This document shows, one piece after another, positions 19,005 through 28,892 of a stretch of 50,407 bases of DNA. Origin of the DNA: an uncultured Anaerolineales bacterium (GTDB lineage: Bacteria; Chloroflexota; Anaerolineae; B4-G1; SLSP01); NCBI GenBank assembly GCA_964530185.1, contig CAZHBB010000001.1, positions 32,239 to 82,645 on the forward strand, in the 5' to 3' direction. The notes beneath the pieces are model-generated. The model worked only from the letters and a program-made list of their open reading frames with translations, did not search any database and was not told the DNA's origin. Within the stretch, counting starts at the first letter, position 1, and every line of letters begins with the position of its first letter. The position numbers and the translations under genes are program-made.

Positions 19005-20771
19005 ATGCCGCGAAATCCCGAAGCGCGCCTGCAGGTCGTGGTGGCCCTGCTGGTTGTGGCCCTCGCTCTCATCCTGGTGAAGCTGGTACAGCTTCAGGTC
19101 CTGGATCGGGGAGAGTATCAGGATGTGGTGGAAGACACTATTTACCGTACTTATGCGTTGCCTGAGCCGCCCCGAGGACGGGTCCTGGACCGCAATGGGG
19201 ATCTGCTGATCGGGAATGTACCGACCTACGACGTGGGTGCACAACTGACGGCGATACAGCCCACGGATGTTCCCACGATCGCAACCAGTCTGGCCCCGAT
19301 CTTGGGAATGGAGATCTCTGAACTTATGTCGCTGTTGGACTCTGAGTATCCCTGGGTCTATCTGGCGCGAGGCGTCAGTGTGGAGACGGCCCATGCGATC
19401 ACAGAGGTGATCACGGCACAGAACAAACGGGCTGAAAATTCCCAGACGGAGAGGAAATGGGATTGGCTTTCGCTTCAGGAGACCTGGCGTCGTTACTACG
19501 CCGAGGGGGCATTGGCGGCTCACGTGTTGGGCTTCGTCAATGAGGAGGGCGTCGGCTATGGGGTTGAGGCGGCGCAGCAGCGGTTCCTGCGACCACAATC
19601 AGTCCAGAACCAGGGGGTCGTGAATGTCCTCTCTGAGCCTCTCAGTGAGGAACTGGCCAGCACAGAAGTTCGTACATATCCCGGAGCGGATCTCGTATTG
19701 ACCATTGATCGCACTATCCAGGCCTTCGTGGAGGGAGAGCTCGACAAAGCGCTTGCTGAGTTTGGTGCTGCCTCTGGGACCATCCTGGTGATGGATCCCC
19801 GCACGGGGGCGATTCTGGCGAGTGCCAGTCGGCCTACCTATAGGCCGTACGACTATATGAGCTATGGGGGAGATGCACGAGACCTCTTTGCTGATCCCGC
19901 TCTCAGGGACTATGAGCCGGGTTCGGTATTTAAGCCGTTTGTCGTAGCTGCGGCCGTCGACTCCGGGCGAGTCACGGCCGACTGGTCCTACTATGATACA
20001 GGGGTCGTGGAGTATGGCGGCGTTTTCATTCGGAACTGGGATCGAAAGGGGTATGGGCAGCAGAATCTGCAAGGGATCCTGGACTACTCGCTCAACACAG
20101 GGGTAGCCACGTTGACGACCCGTGTCATGGGACCTGAGGTCTTCTACGCCTACATCCGGCGCTTTGGATTTGGGCAGCGCACAGGCATTGGGCTGGTGGG
20201 CGAGTCCCCAGGAGTCGTGCACCTGCCCTCTGATCTGGGTTGGGAGGACGGTTTCTTGGCGACCAATGCCTTTGGTCAGGGGATCAGTGTGACTCCGTTG
20301 CAGTTGGCGACGGCTGCCACCGCTCTGGCCAACCATGGCACCATGATGGCGCCCTATATCGTGGCTGAGCGGCGTTACCCCGACGGGCGGCGATCGGTGA
20401 CGCCACCACGAGTGCTCAGCGTGGTGCTCCATCCGGAGACCGCCGACTATGTGACAGAGCTGATGGCAAACACGGTGGCCAATCGGCTGAAGATGGCTCA
20501 GGTTCCAGGCTATCGCATTGCTGGGAAGACGGGTACCGCCCAGATTCCGGTCAGTGGCGGGTATGAGAGGGACGATGTGATCACCTCTTTCCTGGGATTC
20601 GGCCCGCTCCCTGACCCACAGATACTGATCCTGGTGAAACTCGACAGGCCTCAGGTGCCCATGCACCTGCGCTGGGGGACCCAGACCGCGGCCCCGGTCT
20701 TCCAGCGGGTGGCCTCTCGCCTGTTTGTCCTGTTGGGGATTCCACCTACCGAGGGGTGGGCAGGGCCTTAA
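19005..20771 (+). CDS. ftsI: Class B penicillin-binding protein (FtsI/PBP3)
   Basis: N-terminal TM, RG.VLDRNG, LTID, SxxK (EPGSVFK), SxN (YSLN) and KTGT. Confidence 0.9.
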   Translation: MPRNPEARLQVVVALLVVALALILVKLVQLQVLDRGEYQDVVEDTIYRTYALPEPPRGRVLDRNGDLLIGNVPTYDVGAQLTAIQPTDVPTIATSLAPILGMEISELMSLLDSEYPWVYLARGVSVETAHAITEVITAQNKRAENSQTERKWDWLSLQETWRRYYAEGALAAHVLGFVNEEGVGYGVEAAQQRFLRPQSVQNQGVVNVLSEPLSEELASTEVRTYPGADLVLTIDRTIQAFVEGELDKALAEFGAASGTILVMDPRTGAILASASRPTYRPYDYMSYGGDARDLFADPALRDYEPGSVFKPFVVAAAVDSGRVTADWSYYDTGVVEYGGVFIRNWDRKGYGQQNLQGILDYSLNTGVATLTTRVMGPEVFYAYIRRFGFGQRTGIGLVGESPGVVHLPSDLGWEDGFLATNAFGQGISVTPLQLATAATALANHGTMMAPYIVAERRYPDGRRSVTPPRVLSVVLHPETADYVTELMANTVANRLKMAQVPGYRIAGKTGTAQIPVSGGYERDDVITSFLGFGPLPDPQILILVKLDRPQVPMHLRWGTQTAAPVFQRVASRLFVLLGIPPTEGWAGP

Positions 20772-20785
20772 GGGAAAGGTATGGC

Positions 20786-22249
20786 ATGGCGCGTCAATTA
20801 ACCCTGGCCTCTTTTGTCGAAGCATTGACTGGCTGGCATCCGCCTGGACTGGAGATGCCAGTTTGGCCTATCATTGACTCGCGCGAGGCCAAGGCAGGCA
20901 GTCTGTTCTTCGCCTTTGAGGGTGAGCATGTCGATGGGCATGACTTCGTCCAGGACGCTCTCCAGCGAGGGGCAGTGGGGGCGGTGATCGAGCATGATGT
21001 GACCCTCGACCGCCATGAGGGCAAGGTGTTGGACCTGAGCAGACCGTTGGATCGTAGCAGGGCCCTTCGGCCGCCCCTGGTGGTACGTGTATCCAGGGTG
21101 TTGGAGGCACTCCAGGGGAGCGCCCGATGGTGGCGACAGCAGCTTCCGGTGCGTGTGATTGGTATCACGGGGAGTGTGGGTAAGACCACCACCAAGGAGT
21201 TGGTGGCACAGGTATTGGAGAAACGCTATCGGGTCAGCCGCAATCCGGCGTCCTACAACAACGAGCTGGGTCTGCCCCTGACACTGCTGCGGTTAGACGC
21301 CACGGTGGAGCGTGCGGTCCTGGAGATGGGGATGTATGTTCCTGGCGATATTCGTTTCCTGGCCGAACTCGCCCATCCGGATGTGGGGATTGTGACCAAT
21401 GTAGCACCGGTTCACGCGGAGCGGGCAGGGAGCCTGGACGCCATTGCACGCGGTAAGCGAGAGTTGGTGGAGAGCCTGCCGGCGGCGCCGCGCGGGGTCG
21501 CGATCCTGAACCAAGATGACCCACGGGTGCGCGAGATGGCAGCCTATACCCAGGCGCGGGTGATGACGTATGGTACCTCGCCGGAAGCCCATCTGTGGGC
21601 CGATGAGGTCGAGCTCATGGGCCTGCGAGGCGTGCGGATGACGTTGCACGAGGGCAAGACGAGTGTGCCAGTGGAGGCATCCCTGCTGGGCCGCCACAGT
21701 GTCTATGCAGTGCTGCGGGCCGCTGCGGCGGGTCTGGTGGAGGGGCTGACATGGGAGGAGATCAGGGCCGGGTTGGCCAGTCGCGGGCCACGGCCGCGCA
21801 TGGTCGTGAAGCAAGGGCGGGATGGGATTGTGCTCATCGACGATGCCTACAACGCCAGCCCGCCCTCAGTGTTGGCGGCGCTCGATTTCCTGGCAGAGCT
21901 TCCACATGCGGGGCGTCGGGTCGCTGTATTGGGTGATATGTTGGAACTCGGTCCTTATGAGCAGGAAGGACATCGGCAGGTAGGGCTGCGGGCAGCCGAG
22001 GTGCTCTCTGAGCTGGTGGTGGTGGGCGAAGCGGCCCGGCTGATTGCAGAAGGGGCCCGCTCGCGGGGTATGTCTGCAGCGCGAGTTCATTGGGCAGCGG
22101 ATAGTGGACAGGCTGTGGATGTGGTGTCCTCTATCCTGAGGCCGGGGGATCTAGTTCTCGTTAAGGGGTCACGGGCTATCCATCTCGAGCAAGTGGTGGA
22201 CGCATTGTGTGATGAGGAGGCGACGATTGAGAGCTCAGCCGACGCCTAA
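20786..22249 (+). CDS. murF: UDP-MurNAc-tripeptide D-Ala-D-Ala ligase MurF
   Basis: IDSR, GITGSVGKTTTK, YNNELG.PLT, LEMGM, IDDAYNASP, LGDMLELG and VKGSR. Confidence 0.93.
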   Translation: MARQLTLASFVEALTGWHPPGLEMPVWPIIDSREAKAGSLFFAFEGEHVDGHDFVQDALQRGAVGAVIEHDVTLDRHEGKVLDLSRPLDRSRALRPPLVVRVSRVLEALQGSARWWRQQLPVRVIGITGSVGKTTTKELVAQVLEKRYRVSRNPASYNNELGLPLTLLRLDATVERAVLEMGMYVPGDIRFLAELAHPDVGIVTNVAPVHAERAGSLDAIARGKRELVESLPAAPRGVAILNQDDPRVREMAAYTQARVMTYGTSPEAHLWADEVELMGLRGVRMTLHEGKTSVPVEASLLGRHSVYAVLRAAAAGLVEGLTWEEIRAGLASRGPRPRMVVKQGRDGIVLIDDAYNASPPSVLAALDFLAELPHAGRRVAVLGDMLELGPYEQEGHRQVGLRAAEVLSELVVVGEAARLIAEGARSRGMSAARVHWAADSGQAVDVVSSILRPGDLVLVKGSRAIHLEQVVDALCDEEATIESSADA

Positions 22250-23621
22250 ATCCGTCGTCATCCTGGGGCTTGCGCGTCAGGGCAAAGCGCTGGCGCGCTT
22301 CTTTGCCGAGAGAGGCGCTCACGTGGTGGTGTCGGACCTACGTGAGGCCACTCAACTTTCCGGTCAGTTGGATGAGCTAGCGGACCTGCCTGTGAAGTAC
22401 GTGTTGGGGCAGCACCCGGTGAGCCTTTTGGATGGCTGCGAGTTGCTCTGTCTGAGCGGTGGGGTCTCTCCGGAGATACCGCTGGTGCAGGAGGCCTTGC
22501 GCCGTGGCATTCCACTGAGCAACGACGCGCAGGAGTTCATGACACGCTGTCCGGCACCCGTGGTGGGGATCACGGGCTCGGCGGGCAAGACGACGACGAC
22601 TGCCCTGGTGGGTCGCATGCTGGAAGCTTCGGGTTTCCGGACCTGGGTGGGCGGCAATATAGGGTATCCGCTGCTCAACGCGCTGTCGGATATTCAGGAG
22701 ACGGATCGTGTCGTGGTGGAGCTATCCAGTTTCCAGCTTGAGCTGATGGATGTGAGCCCTCCTGTGGCGGGCCTGCTGAACATCACACCGAATCATCTGG
22801 ACCGCCATCATACTATGGAGGCCTATATCGCTGCCAAACGTCACATCATGGATTATCAGGGCCCGCAGGATGTGCTGGTCTTGGGATACGACAACGAGAG
22901 GACGCGGGCTCTGGCAGGGTATGCGGTGGGGCAGGTACGTTTCTTCAGCGGTTTGACCCATGTCGAGGAGGGGACTTACCTGCATGGGGGTGAGTTGGTG
23001 TTGCGACACCAGGGACATGAGACTGTCGTGGCACGGCGTGATGCCATCCGGCTGCGTGGATTCCACAATGTGCAGAACGTGCTGGCGGCTATCGCATTGG
23101 CTGATGCTGCTGGGGCGACGGTGGAGGGGATGCGTCAGGCGATTGCCGCCTTCACAGGGGTGTCTCATCGGTTGGAGGAGGTGTGCCGTCGTCGAGGTGT
23201 GCTGTGGATCGATGACTCGATTGCCACGACGCCAGAGCGGGTAGTGGCGGCTTTGGCCTCATTTGAGGAGCCACTGGTGTTGCTGGCTGGGGGACGCGAC
23301 AAAGATCTCCCGTGGGGGCTGTTCGCTGAGCGCGTCGTCGAGAGAGTGCGTGTGCTCATCCTCTTCGGTGAGGCAGCGCCATTGATCGAAGAGCATGTGA
23401 GGGAAGCCTGGGAACGAGCGGAGGCTGTGGGTAAGAGGATTGCCATGGAACGGCTGCTTCGAGCGGGTGACCTCCGGAATGCGGTGACTCTGGCGAGCGA
23501 GTTGGCGCGACCGGGTGATGTGGTGTTGCTTTCACCAGGCGGCACGAGCTTTGATGCTTTTCAGGATTTTGCCGAGCGAGGGGACTGTTTCAAGCGCTGG
23601 GTGGCAGCGCTTGAGGACTGA
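22227..23621 (+). CDS. murD: UDP-MurNAc-L-Ala D-Glu ligase MurD
   Basis: GLARQG, ITGSAGKTTTT, GGNIG, ELSSFQLE, NHLDRH, HRLE, DDSIAT and LSPG..SFD.F. TTG 22227 follows GAGGAGG. Confidence 0.93.
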   Translation: MRAQPTPKSVVILGLARQGKALARFFAERGAHVVVSDLREATQLSGQLDELADLPVKYVLGQHPVSLLDGCELLCLSGGVSPEIPLVQEALRRGIPLSNDAQEFMTRCPAPVVGITGSAGKTTTTALVGRMLEASGFRTWVGGNIGYPLLNALSDIQETDRVVVELSSFQLELMDVSPPVAGLLNITPNHLDRHHTMEAYIAAKRHIMDYQGPQDVLVLGYDNERTRALAGYAVGQVRFFSGLTHVEEGTYLHGGELVLRHQGHETVVARRDAIRLRGFHNVQNVLAAIALADAAGATVEGMRQAIAAFTGVSHRLEEVCRRRGVLWIDDSIATTPERVVAALASFEEPLVLLAGGRDKDLPWGLFAERVVERVRVLILFGEAAPLIEEHVREAWERAEAVGKRIAMERLLRAGDLRNAVTLASELARPGDVVLLSPGGTSFDAFQDFAERGDCFKRWVAALED

Positions 23622-23650
23622 GGCTGTAGCCTTTGGGTTGGGAGGAAAAC

Positions 23651-24823
23651 GTGGATCGACATAGAGATGGCACAGGTTCAGTGGACAGGCTCTTGATCCT
23701 CGTCACTGTGCTGATCGTTGCCTTCGGCGTGCTAGCCCTGTTCAGTGCTTCCTTCGCCGTGGGGGATGACTTCTGGCGAAAGCAGATCCTTTGGATATTG
23801 ATTGGCACATCGGCGGCGGTCCTGGTCACGCGTATCCCCTATTCGGTCTGGGCCAAGGTGGCTCTGCCCTTGTTAGGAGTAACTTTGGCGATGTTGCTCA
23901 TCACCGTGCTCTTTGGCAATGAGGTGTGGGGGGGGCGCAGGGGACTTGTGGGGGGAAGCTCGATTCAGCCTGGAGTATTGGCGCGACTGATCACGGTGAT
24001 CTATGTCGCAGCCTGGCTGGCGTCCAAGGGTGAGGAACTCAATCAGGTGAAGACGGCGTTGATCCCCTTTGGTGTGATTATCGGTGTGACCGCCGTCCTG
24101 GTCATGGCGCAGAGGGATCTGAGCACAGCCTTTCTACTCATAGGCACAGGACTGCTCATGTTCTTCTTTGCCGGGGGGGATCCGCTGCAGATCTTCTTCA
24201 CGGCGATAATCGGTACCGTGGGTGGTGGGCTGTTCGCTGTGCTCGTGCCCTACTCACGCGAGCGCCTCGCGGAGTGGATCGCATCTTTTTCCGATCCGAC
24301 AAAGATGCCCTATCAGGTGTGGCGTGCGTTCCAGGCCATCAGCCATGGGGGCGTGACCGGGACGGGCCTGGGGCGCGGCGTGCTCAAGTTTGGCTATCTG
24401 CCGGTGCCACATACGGACAGCATCTTTGCGGTAATCGCTGAGGAGACAGGGTTATTGGGATGCCTGGTTGTTCTGGGACTGTTCGCGGTGTTTGCCTGGC
24501 GCGGCTATCGTATCGCCCTGAGCACGGTGAACCCCTTCGGGTCGCTGATCGCATTTGGGGTTACCACGATGATTGTCAGCGAGGCTGCGCTGAACATCGC
24601 TGTCATGGTGGGGTTGTTTCCTCCTACGGGCACCGCTCTCCCGTTCTTCAGTTATGGGGGGACGGGCATGGTAGTCAATCTGGTGGGCCTGGGGCTATTG
24701 CTCAGCGTCTCTAGGGGACGCCCACGAGGGGTATGGGATGAGGCTTTGGATCGTTGGTGGCGGAACTGGCGGACACGTCTATCCGGCGCTCGCCGTCGCC
24801 CAGGCTTTGGTCGCTCTCTGTAG
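23651..24823 (+). CDS. ftsW: SEDS peptidoglycan glycosyltransferase FtsW
   Basis: Multi-TM protein with LP.PHTD.IFAVIAEE.G and LPFFSYGG, in its dcw position. GTG 23651 follows GGAGG. Confidence 0.88.
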   Translation: MDRHRDGTGSVDRLLILVTVLIVAFGVLALFSASFAVGDDFWRKQILWILIGTSAAVLVTRIPYSVWAKVALPLLGVTLAMLLITVLFGNEVWGGRRGLVGGSSIQPGVLARLITVIYVAAWLASKGEELNQVKTALIPFGVIIGVTAVLVMAQRDLSTAFLLIGTGLLMFFFAGGDPLQIFFTAIIGTVGGGLFAVLVPYSRERLAEWIASFSDPTKMPYQVWRAFQAISHGGVTGTGLGRGVLKFGYLPVPHTDSIFAVIAEETGLLGCLVVLGLFAVFAWRGYRIALSTVNPFGSLIAFGVTTMIVSEAALNIAVMVGLFPPTGTALPFFSYGGTGMVVNLVGLGLLLSVSRGRPRGVWDEALDRWWRNWRTRLSGARRRPGFGRSL

Positions 24824-25838
24824 TGAAGTGGAGTTGACCTGGGTGGGCACGATAGCGGGCATGGAGCGTGAGATCGTTCAGCGTGAGGGTATCCCATTCA
24901 TTGGGCTGCCTGCCGGCGGCTTGCATGGTGTGGGCATCCTCAATGTGGTGCGGAACGGCTGGACGCTCGCTCGCGGGCTTTTCGCGGCCTGGCGTCACGT
25001 TCGTCGTGAACGACCGTTGGCGCTTCTGACGACAGGTGGGTATGTGAGCGGACCTGTGGCCCTCGCGGCGCGTCAGGAGGGAGTTCCGATCCTGGTATTT
25101 CTGCCCGACATCGAGCCGGCGCAATCGGTGCGAGCTGTCGCTCGTCTGGCACGCCGGGTGGCTGTGTCGGTGCCCGATTCGCTGCAATACTTTCCTGAGG
25201 GCAAGGCGGTCGTGACGGGTTATCCCCTGGGAGAGCGCATCACGCAGTGGACTCGGGAGAAGGGGCGAAGTGCGCTTCAACTGGATCAGGACGTGCGGGT
25301 CCTGCTGATCTTTGGTGGGAGCCGAGGGGCTCGCTCCATCAACCGGGCCACGATGCATCACATCGCAGCGTTGACCCAGATGGCATATGTGGTGCATATC
25401 ACGGGCACGCTCGATTGGCCTGAGGTGGTGCAGGCGCGCGACGCACTTCCTAAGGAGGTGCAGGCACGTTATCACGCCTATCCCTATTTGCATGAGAGGA
25501 TGGGAGCCGCGCTGGCGGCTGCCGATCTGGCCGTCGCGCGAGCAGGGGCTGGAGTGCTGGGGGAGTTCCCCTATTTCGGCCTGCCGGGGATCCTGGTCCC
25601 CTATCCCCACGCATGGCGCTATCAGCGAGTGAACGCTGCATGGTTGGCCGATCGAGGGGCCGCCATAGTCGTTGAGGATGCGACATTGGAGGAGCGTCTG
25701 GTGCCCACTGTAGCGTCACTCTTCGAGGCCCCCGAACGCCTTACGGCCATGGCAGAGGCGGCCCGGGGGCTGGCCAGGCCCAAGGCGGCGGAGGATATTG
25801 CACGTTTGATGCTTGGGCTGGTGGGAGAAGTCTGTTGA
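24738..25838 (+). CDS. murG: Undecaprenyl-PP-MurNAc-pentapeptide GlcNAc transferase MurG
   Basis: GGGTGGHVYPA, TGGYVS.P, FGGSRGA and RAGA. Confidence 0.93.
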   Translation: MRLWIVGGGTGGHVYPALAVAQALVALCSEVELTWVGTIAGMEREIVQREGIPFIGLPAGGLHGVGILNVVRNGWTLARGLFAAWRHVRRERPLALLTTGGYVSGPVALAARQEGVPILVFLPDIEPAQSVRAVARLARRVAVSVPDSLQYFPEGKAVVTGYPLGERITQWTREKGRSALQLDQDVRVLLIFGGSRGARSINRATMHHIAALTQMAYVVHITGTLDWPEVVQARDALPKEVQARYHAYPYLHERMGAALAAADLAVARAGAGVLGEFPYFGLPGILVPYPHAWRYQRVNAAWLADRGAAIVVEDATLEERLVPTVASLFEAPERLTAMAEAARGLARPKAAEDIARLMLGLVGEVC

Positions 25839-25873
25839 TGGGTAAGGCTCCATAAGCGCATAAGGATGAAGCG

Positions 25874-26404
25874 ATGGTTCCTTTAGAGACTGTGTTTACA
25901 GGCTTGGTGATCCTGTTCGCCTTGATTGGTGCGCTACGCGGGTGGGCGAAGGAGCTCCTGGTGACCTTCAGCGTGGTTCTGGCCCGCTTTATCGAGTATG
26001 TGGCACTTGTCTACGTACCGGTACTTGGTGGGTCGCTGCAGTCGCTTCAACAGACCGATCCCAAGACGTGGTTCTACGTGCGTCTTGCGATCTTCGGTGT
26101 GGTGGTGGCGTTCGGCTATGCGACCACAGTGATCTCGAGTCATCTGGGTTCCCGCGCCCGCAAGGAAAAGCTGCAGGATACCCTGTTGGGGTTCTTCCTG
26201 GGCGCGATCAATGGCTTCCTGGTCGTCGGGACCGTATGGGGATTCCTGGATCAGTTGGGATACACCATCTGGGGGATCACGGGGCCGGCGACGGATGCGG
26301 CCCGTGACATCGTGCGCTATCTGCCCACGGTGTGGCTGGAGGGCCCGATGCTATTTGTGGGGGTTGCTGTCGCATTTGCGTTTGTGTTGATTGTGTTTGT
26401 GTGA
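25874..26404 (+). CDS. CvpA-family membrane protein
   Basis: Hydrophobic helices with G..RG..KE.L (GALRGWAKELL) and LLGFFLGAING, characteristic of CvpA. Confidence 0.65.
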   Translation: MVPLETVFTGLVILFALIGALRGWAKELLVTFSVVLARFIEYVALVYVPVLGGSLQSLQQTDPKTWFYVRLAIFGVVVAFGYATTVISSHLGSRARKEKLQDTLLGFFLGAINGFLVVGTVWGFLDQLGYTIWGITGPATDAARDIVRYLPTVWLEGPMLFVGVAVAFAFVLIVFV

Positions 26405-27891
26405 GCGAGGATAGAGGGACATTGGCTGCAAGGCAGAAGGTGTCAGAGCGTCAGGATGTGAAGGCGGTTCACATCGTGGGGATCGGTGGGGCCGGGATGT
26501 CGGCTATCGCCCGTGTGCTGCATGGGCGTGGTGTGTGCGTCCAGGGCTCGGACCGGCGCGCCTCCCCCATCACTGAGGCCTTGCAGGCGGAGGGTATCCC
26601 TGTCTTCATTGGCCATGCGGCCGAGAATGTGGGTGTCCCGGATCTTGTCCTGGCTTCGTCGGCGGTGCCAGATGACAATGAGGAGCTCCAGGCGGCCCGT
26701 GCCAAAGGCGTGCCCGTACTGAGGCGCCCTGAGTTCCTGCCCTGGCTGACGGCGGGCTATGATGTGGTTGCGGTCGCGGGGGCGCACGGGAAGACCACCG
26801 TTACCGGGATGATCGCCAAGGTCCTGGTGGAGGCAGGCGCTGACCCCTCGTTCATCGTGGGTGGGGTGATGAAGGACCTGGGGACGAACGGCCGGGCTGG
26901 ACGTAGTCGGCTTTTCGTGTTTGAGGCTGACGAGTACCGGGAGACGTTTCTGGCGTTGGAGCCGACGATTGCTGTGGTGACCAATGTGGAGTTCGATCAC
27001 CCCGACTGTTTTGCGGATATGGATGCGGTGCGGCGGGCCTTTGAGCGTTTCGTGTCGGGTATTCGGAAGGGCGGTGTATTGATCGCCTGTGGCGATGATC
27101 CTGAGACGGCTGCTATCGCCGAGCACCGGCGTGAGGTCGGTGAAGAGGTGATCCTCTATGGTCTGAATGAGAGTGCTGCCTATGCCTGGCGGGCCACGGA
27201 AGTGCGTCCCAGTGCTCAGGGGGGTGTGAGCCTGACCGTCTGGCGTCAAGGGGATCTCGTGGGGCAGTTGACCCTGCGGATCCCTGGGCGGCATAACGCC
27301 TCTAATGCCCTGGCGGCGTTGGCTGTGGGCCAGATGTTGGGAATCGAGTCGGGTGTGGCATTCAGAGCCTTGAAGACCTTCAGCGGCACCGGCCGCCGTT
27401 TCGAGGTGTTGGGCGAGCGCGCGGGCGTGACGGTCATTGACGACTATGCCCATCATCCTACGCAGATCCGCGGTGTGTTGCGTGCGGCGCGGGGACGTTA
27501 CGGCAAGCGTCGGCTGATCGCGGTGTGGGAACCGCACACGTTCAGCCGCGTGCGCGCCCTGTATAGGGCGTTCATGGGGGCGTTCGATGCGGCTGATCGG
27601 GTGGTGATCCTCCCGATTTATGCGGCGCGGGAGGTGGATGACGGGACGTTGACTGCTGAGATGCTGGCCCGCGACCTCCAGCATGGAGCGGTGTGGGCGG
27701 CTTCCACCCTGGATGAGGCCGTTGAGCATCTGCAGGCGATAGCGCAGCCTGGAGATGTCATTTTGCTCATGGGAGCCGGTGACGAGTATCGGGTGGGCCA
27801 ACGCCTTTTGGCACAGCTTGAGGAGGCCAATGGGACAGGTACGGCCGTGGAGACGTGTGAGGCAGGAAGGGATCATGGGGTTGCGTCCTGA
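26401..27891 (+). CDS. murC: UDP-MurNAc L-Ala ligase MurC
   Basis: HIVGIGGAGMS.IA, GAHGKTT, EADEY, DHPD and DDYAHHP. Start probably GTG 26401 (GTGA overlap) or slightly downstream. Confidence 0.93.
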   Translation: MSEDRGTLAARQKVSERQDVKAVHIVGIGGAGMSAIARVLHGRGVCVQGSDRRASPITEALQAEGIPVFIGHAAENVGVPDLVLASSAVPDDNEELQAARAKGVPVLRRPEFLPWLTAGYDVVAVAGAHGKTTVTGMIAKVLVEAGADPSFIVGGVMKDLGTNGRAGRSRLFVFEADEYRETFLALEPTIAVVTNVEFDHPDCFADMDAVRRAFERFVSGIRKGGVLIACGDDPETAAIAEHRREVGEEVILYGLNESAAYAWRATEVRPSAQGGVSLTVWRQGDLVGQLTLRIPGRHNASNALAALAVGQMLGIESGVAFRALKTFSGTGRRFEVLGERAGVTVIDDYAHHPTQIRGVLRAARGRYGKRRLIAVWEPHTFSRVRALYRAFMGAFDAADRVVILPIYAAREVDDGTLTAEMLARDLQHGAVWAASTLDEAVEHLQAIAQPGDVILLMGAGDEYRVGQRLLAQLEEANGTGTAVETCEAGRDHGVAS

Positions 27892-28834
27892 CGTGGCTCA
27901 GCGATTCGTCCAGGCCTTTCCAGGTGAGGCTGGGCTGGACGTGCCTCTGGCACGCTATTCCGGTGTGGGGATCGGCGGGCCAGCGGATGTGCTGTTGACG
28001 GTCCGCGATCAAGAGACTCTCCTGCGCGCAGTGCAAATGGCGGAGGCGATGGCGATGCCCTGGCGGGTGTATGGGGGGCTGACTAATGTGCTCCTCCCAG
28101 ATGAGGGAGTGCGCGGACTGGTGATCTTGAATCGAATGGATGAGGCACTCTTTGGTGATGAACACCGCCTGATCGTTGCTGGGGGGGCCAGTGTTGTGAA
28201 GGTGGCACGGATGGCTGTGGCACGTGGGTGGGGTGGCCTCACCTGGGCGATCGGGCTGCCTGGGACGTTTGGCGGGGCGATCGTCAACAACGCGGGCGCG
28301 TTCGGAGGTGAGATCAGTCGGCTGTTGCGGTGGGCTGAGGTGTTGGATCCCGAGGGGGAGGTACAACGGGTGGATGCACCGTGGTTCCAATTTGGGTATC
28401 GCACCAGCAGGCTTAAGGGGCATGGAGAACCGTGGGTGGTGCTGCGTGCCGAGCTTCAGCTTCACGCGGCGCATCCTGATCACCTGCGGCGAAAGGCCCA
28501 GGAGTACGCCGATCGTCGCAAGCGAACACAACCGGCCGGCAGGACGTTGGGATCGACCTTCAAGAACCCTCCCGGGGATTATGCCGGACGCCTTATCGAG
28601 GCCGCCGGGCTGAAAGGGCAGCGGCGAGGTGATGTGGTGGTTTCGACGCAGCATGCGAACTTTTTCATCAACGAGGGCGCGGGGACTGCCGAGGATTTTT
28701 GCGCCCTGGTGAGACTGGTGCGCGCGCGAGTGTTTGAGGTGTTCGGAGTCTGGCTCGAGCCAGAGGTAGAGATCCTCTCAGAGTCGGGCCTGGTGAACCA
28801 CCTCGATACTTCCCGGCGGGCCTGGAGTACGTGA
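27875..28834 (+). CDS. murB: UDP-N-acetylenolpyruvoylglucosamine reductase MurB
   Basis: IGGPA, GLPGTFGGA..NAGA, YRTS, GSTFKNP, HANF and LEPEV. Confidence 0.92.
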   Translation: MGLRPDVAQRFVQAFPGEAGLDVPLARYSGVGIGGPADVLLTVRDQETLLRAVQMAEAMAMPWRVYGGLTNVLLPDEGVRGLVILNRMDEALFGDEHRLIVAGGASVVKVARMAVARGWGGLTWAIGLPGTFGGAIVNNAGAFGGEISRLLRWAEVLDPEGEVQRVDAPWFQFGYRTSRLKGHGEPWVVLRAELQLHAAHPDHLRRKAQEYADRRKRTQPAGRTLGSTFKNPPGDYAGRLIEAAGLKGQRRGDVVVSTQHANFFINEGAGTAEDFCALVRLVRARVFEVFGVWLEPEVEILSESGLVNHLDTSRRAWST

Positions 28835-28892
28835 GACTGTGCTGGCAAGGCGAGGCGCGTCTGGGGATGGATATCAGGGATAGGCAGAGACA

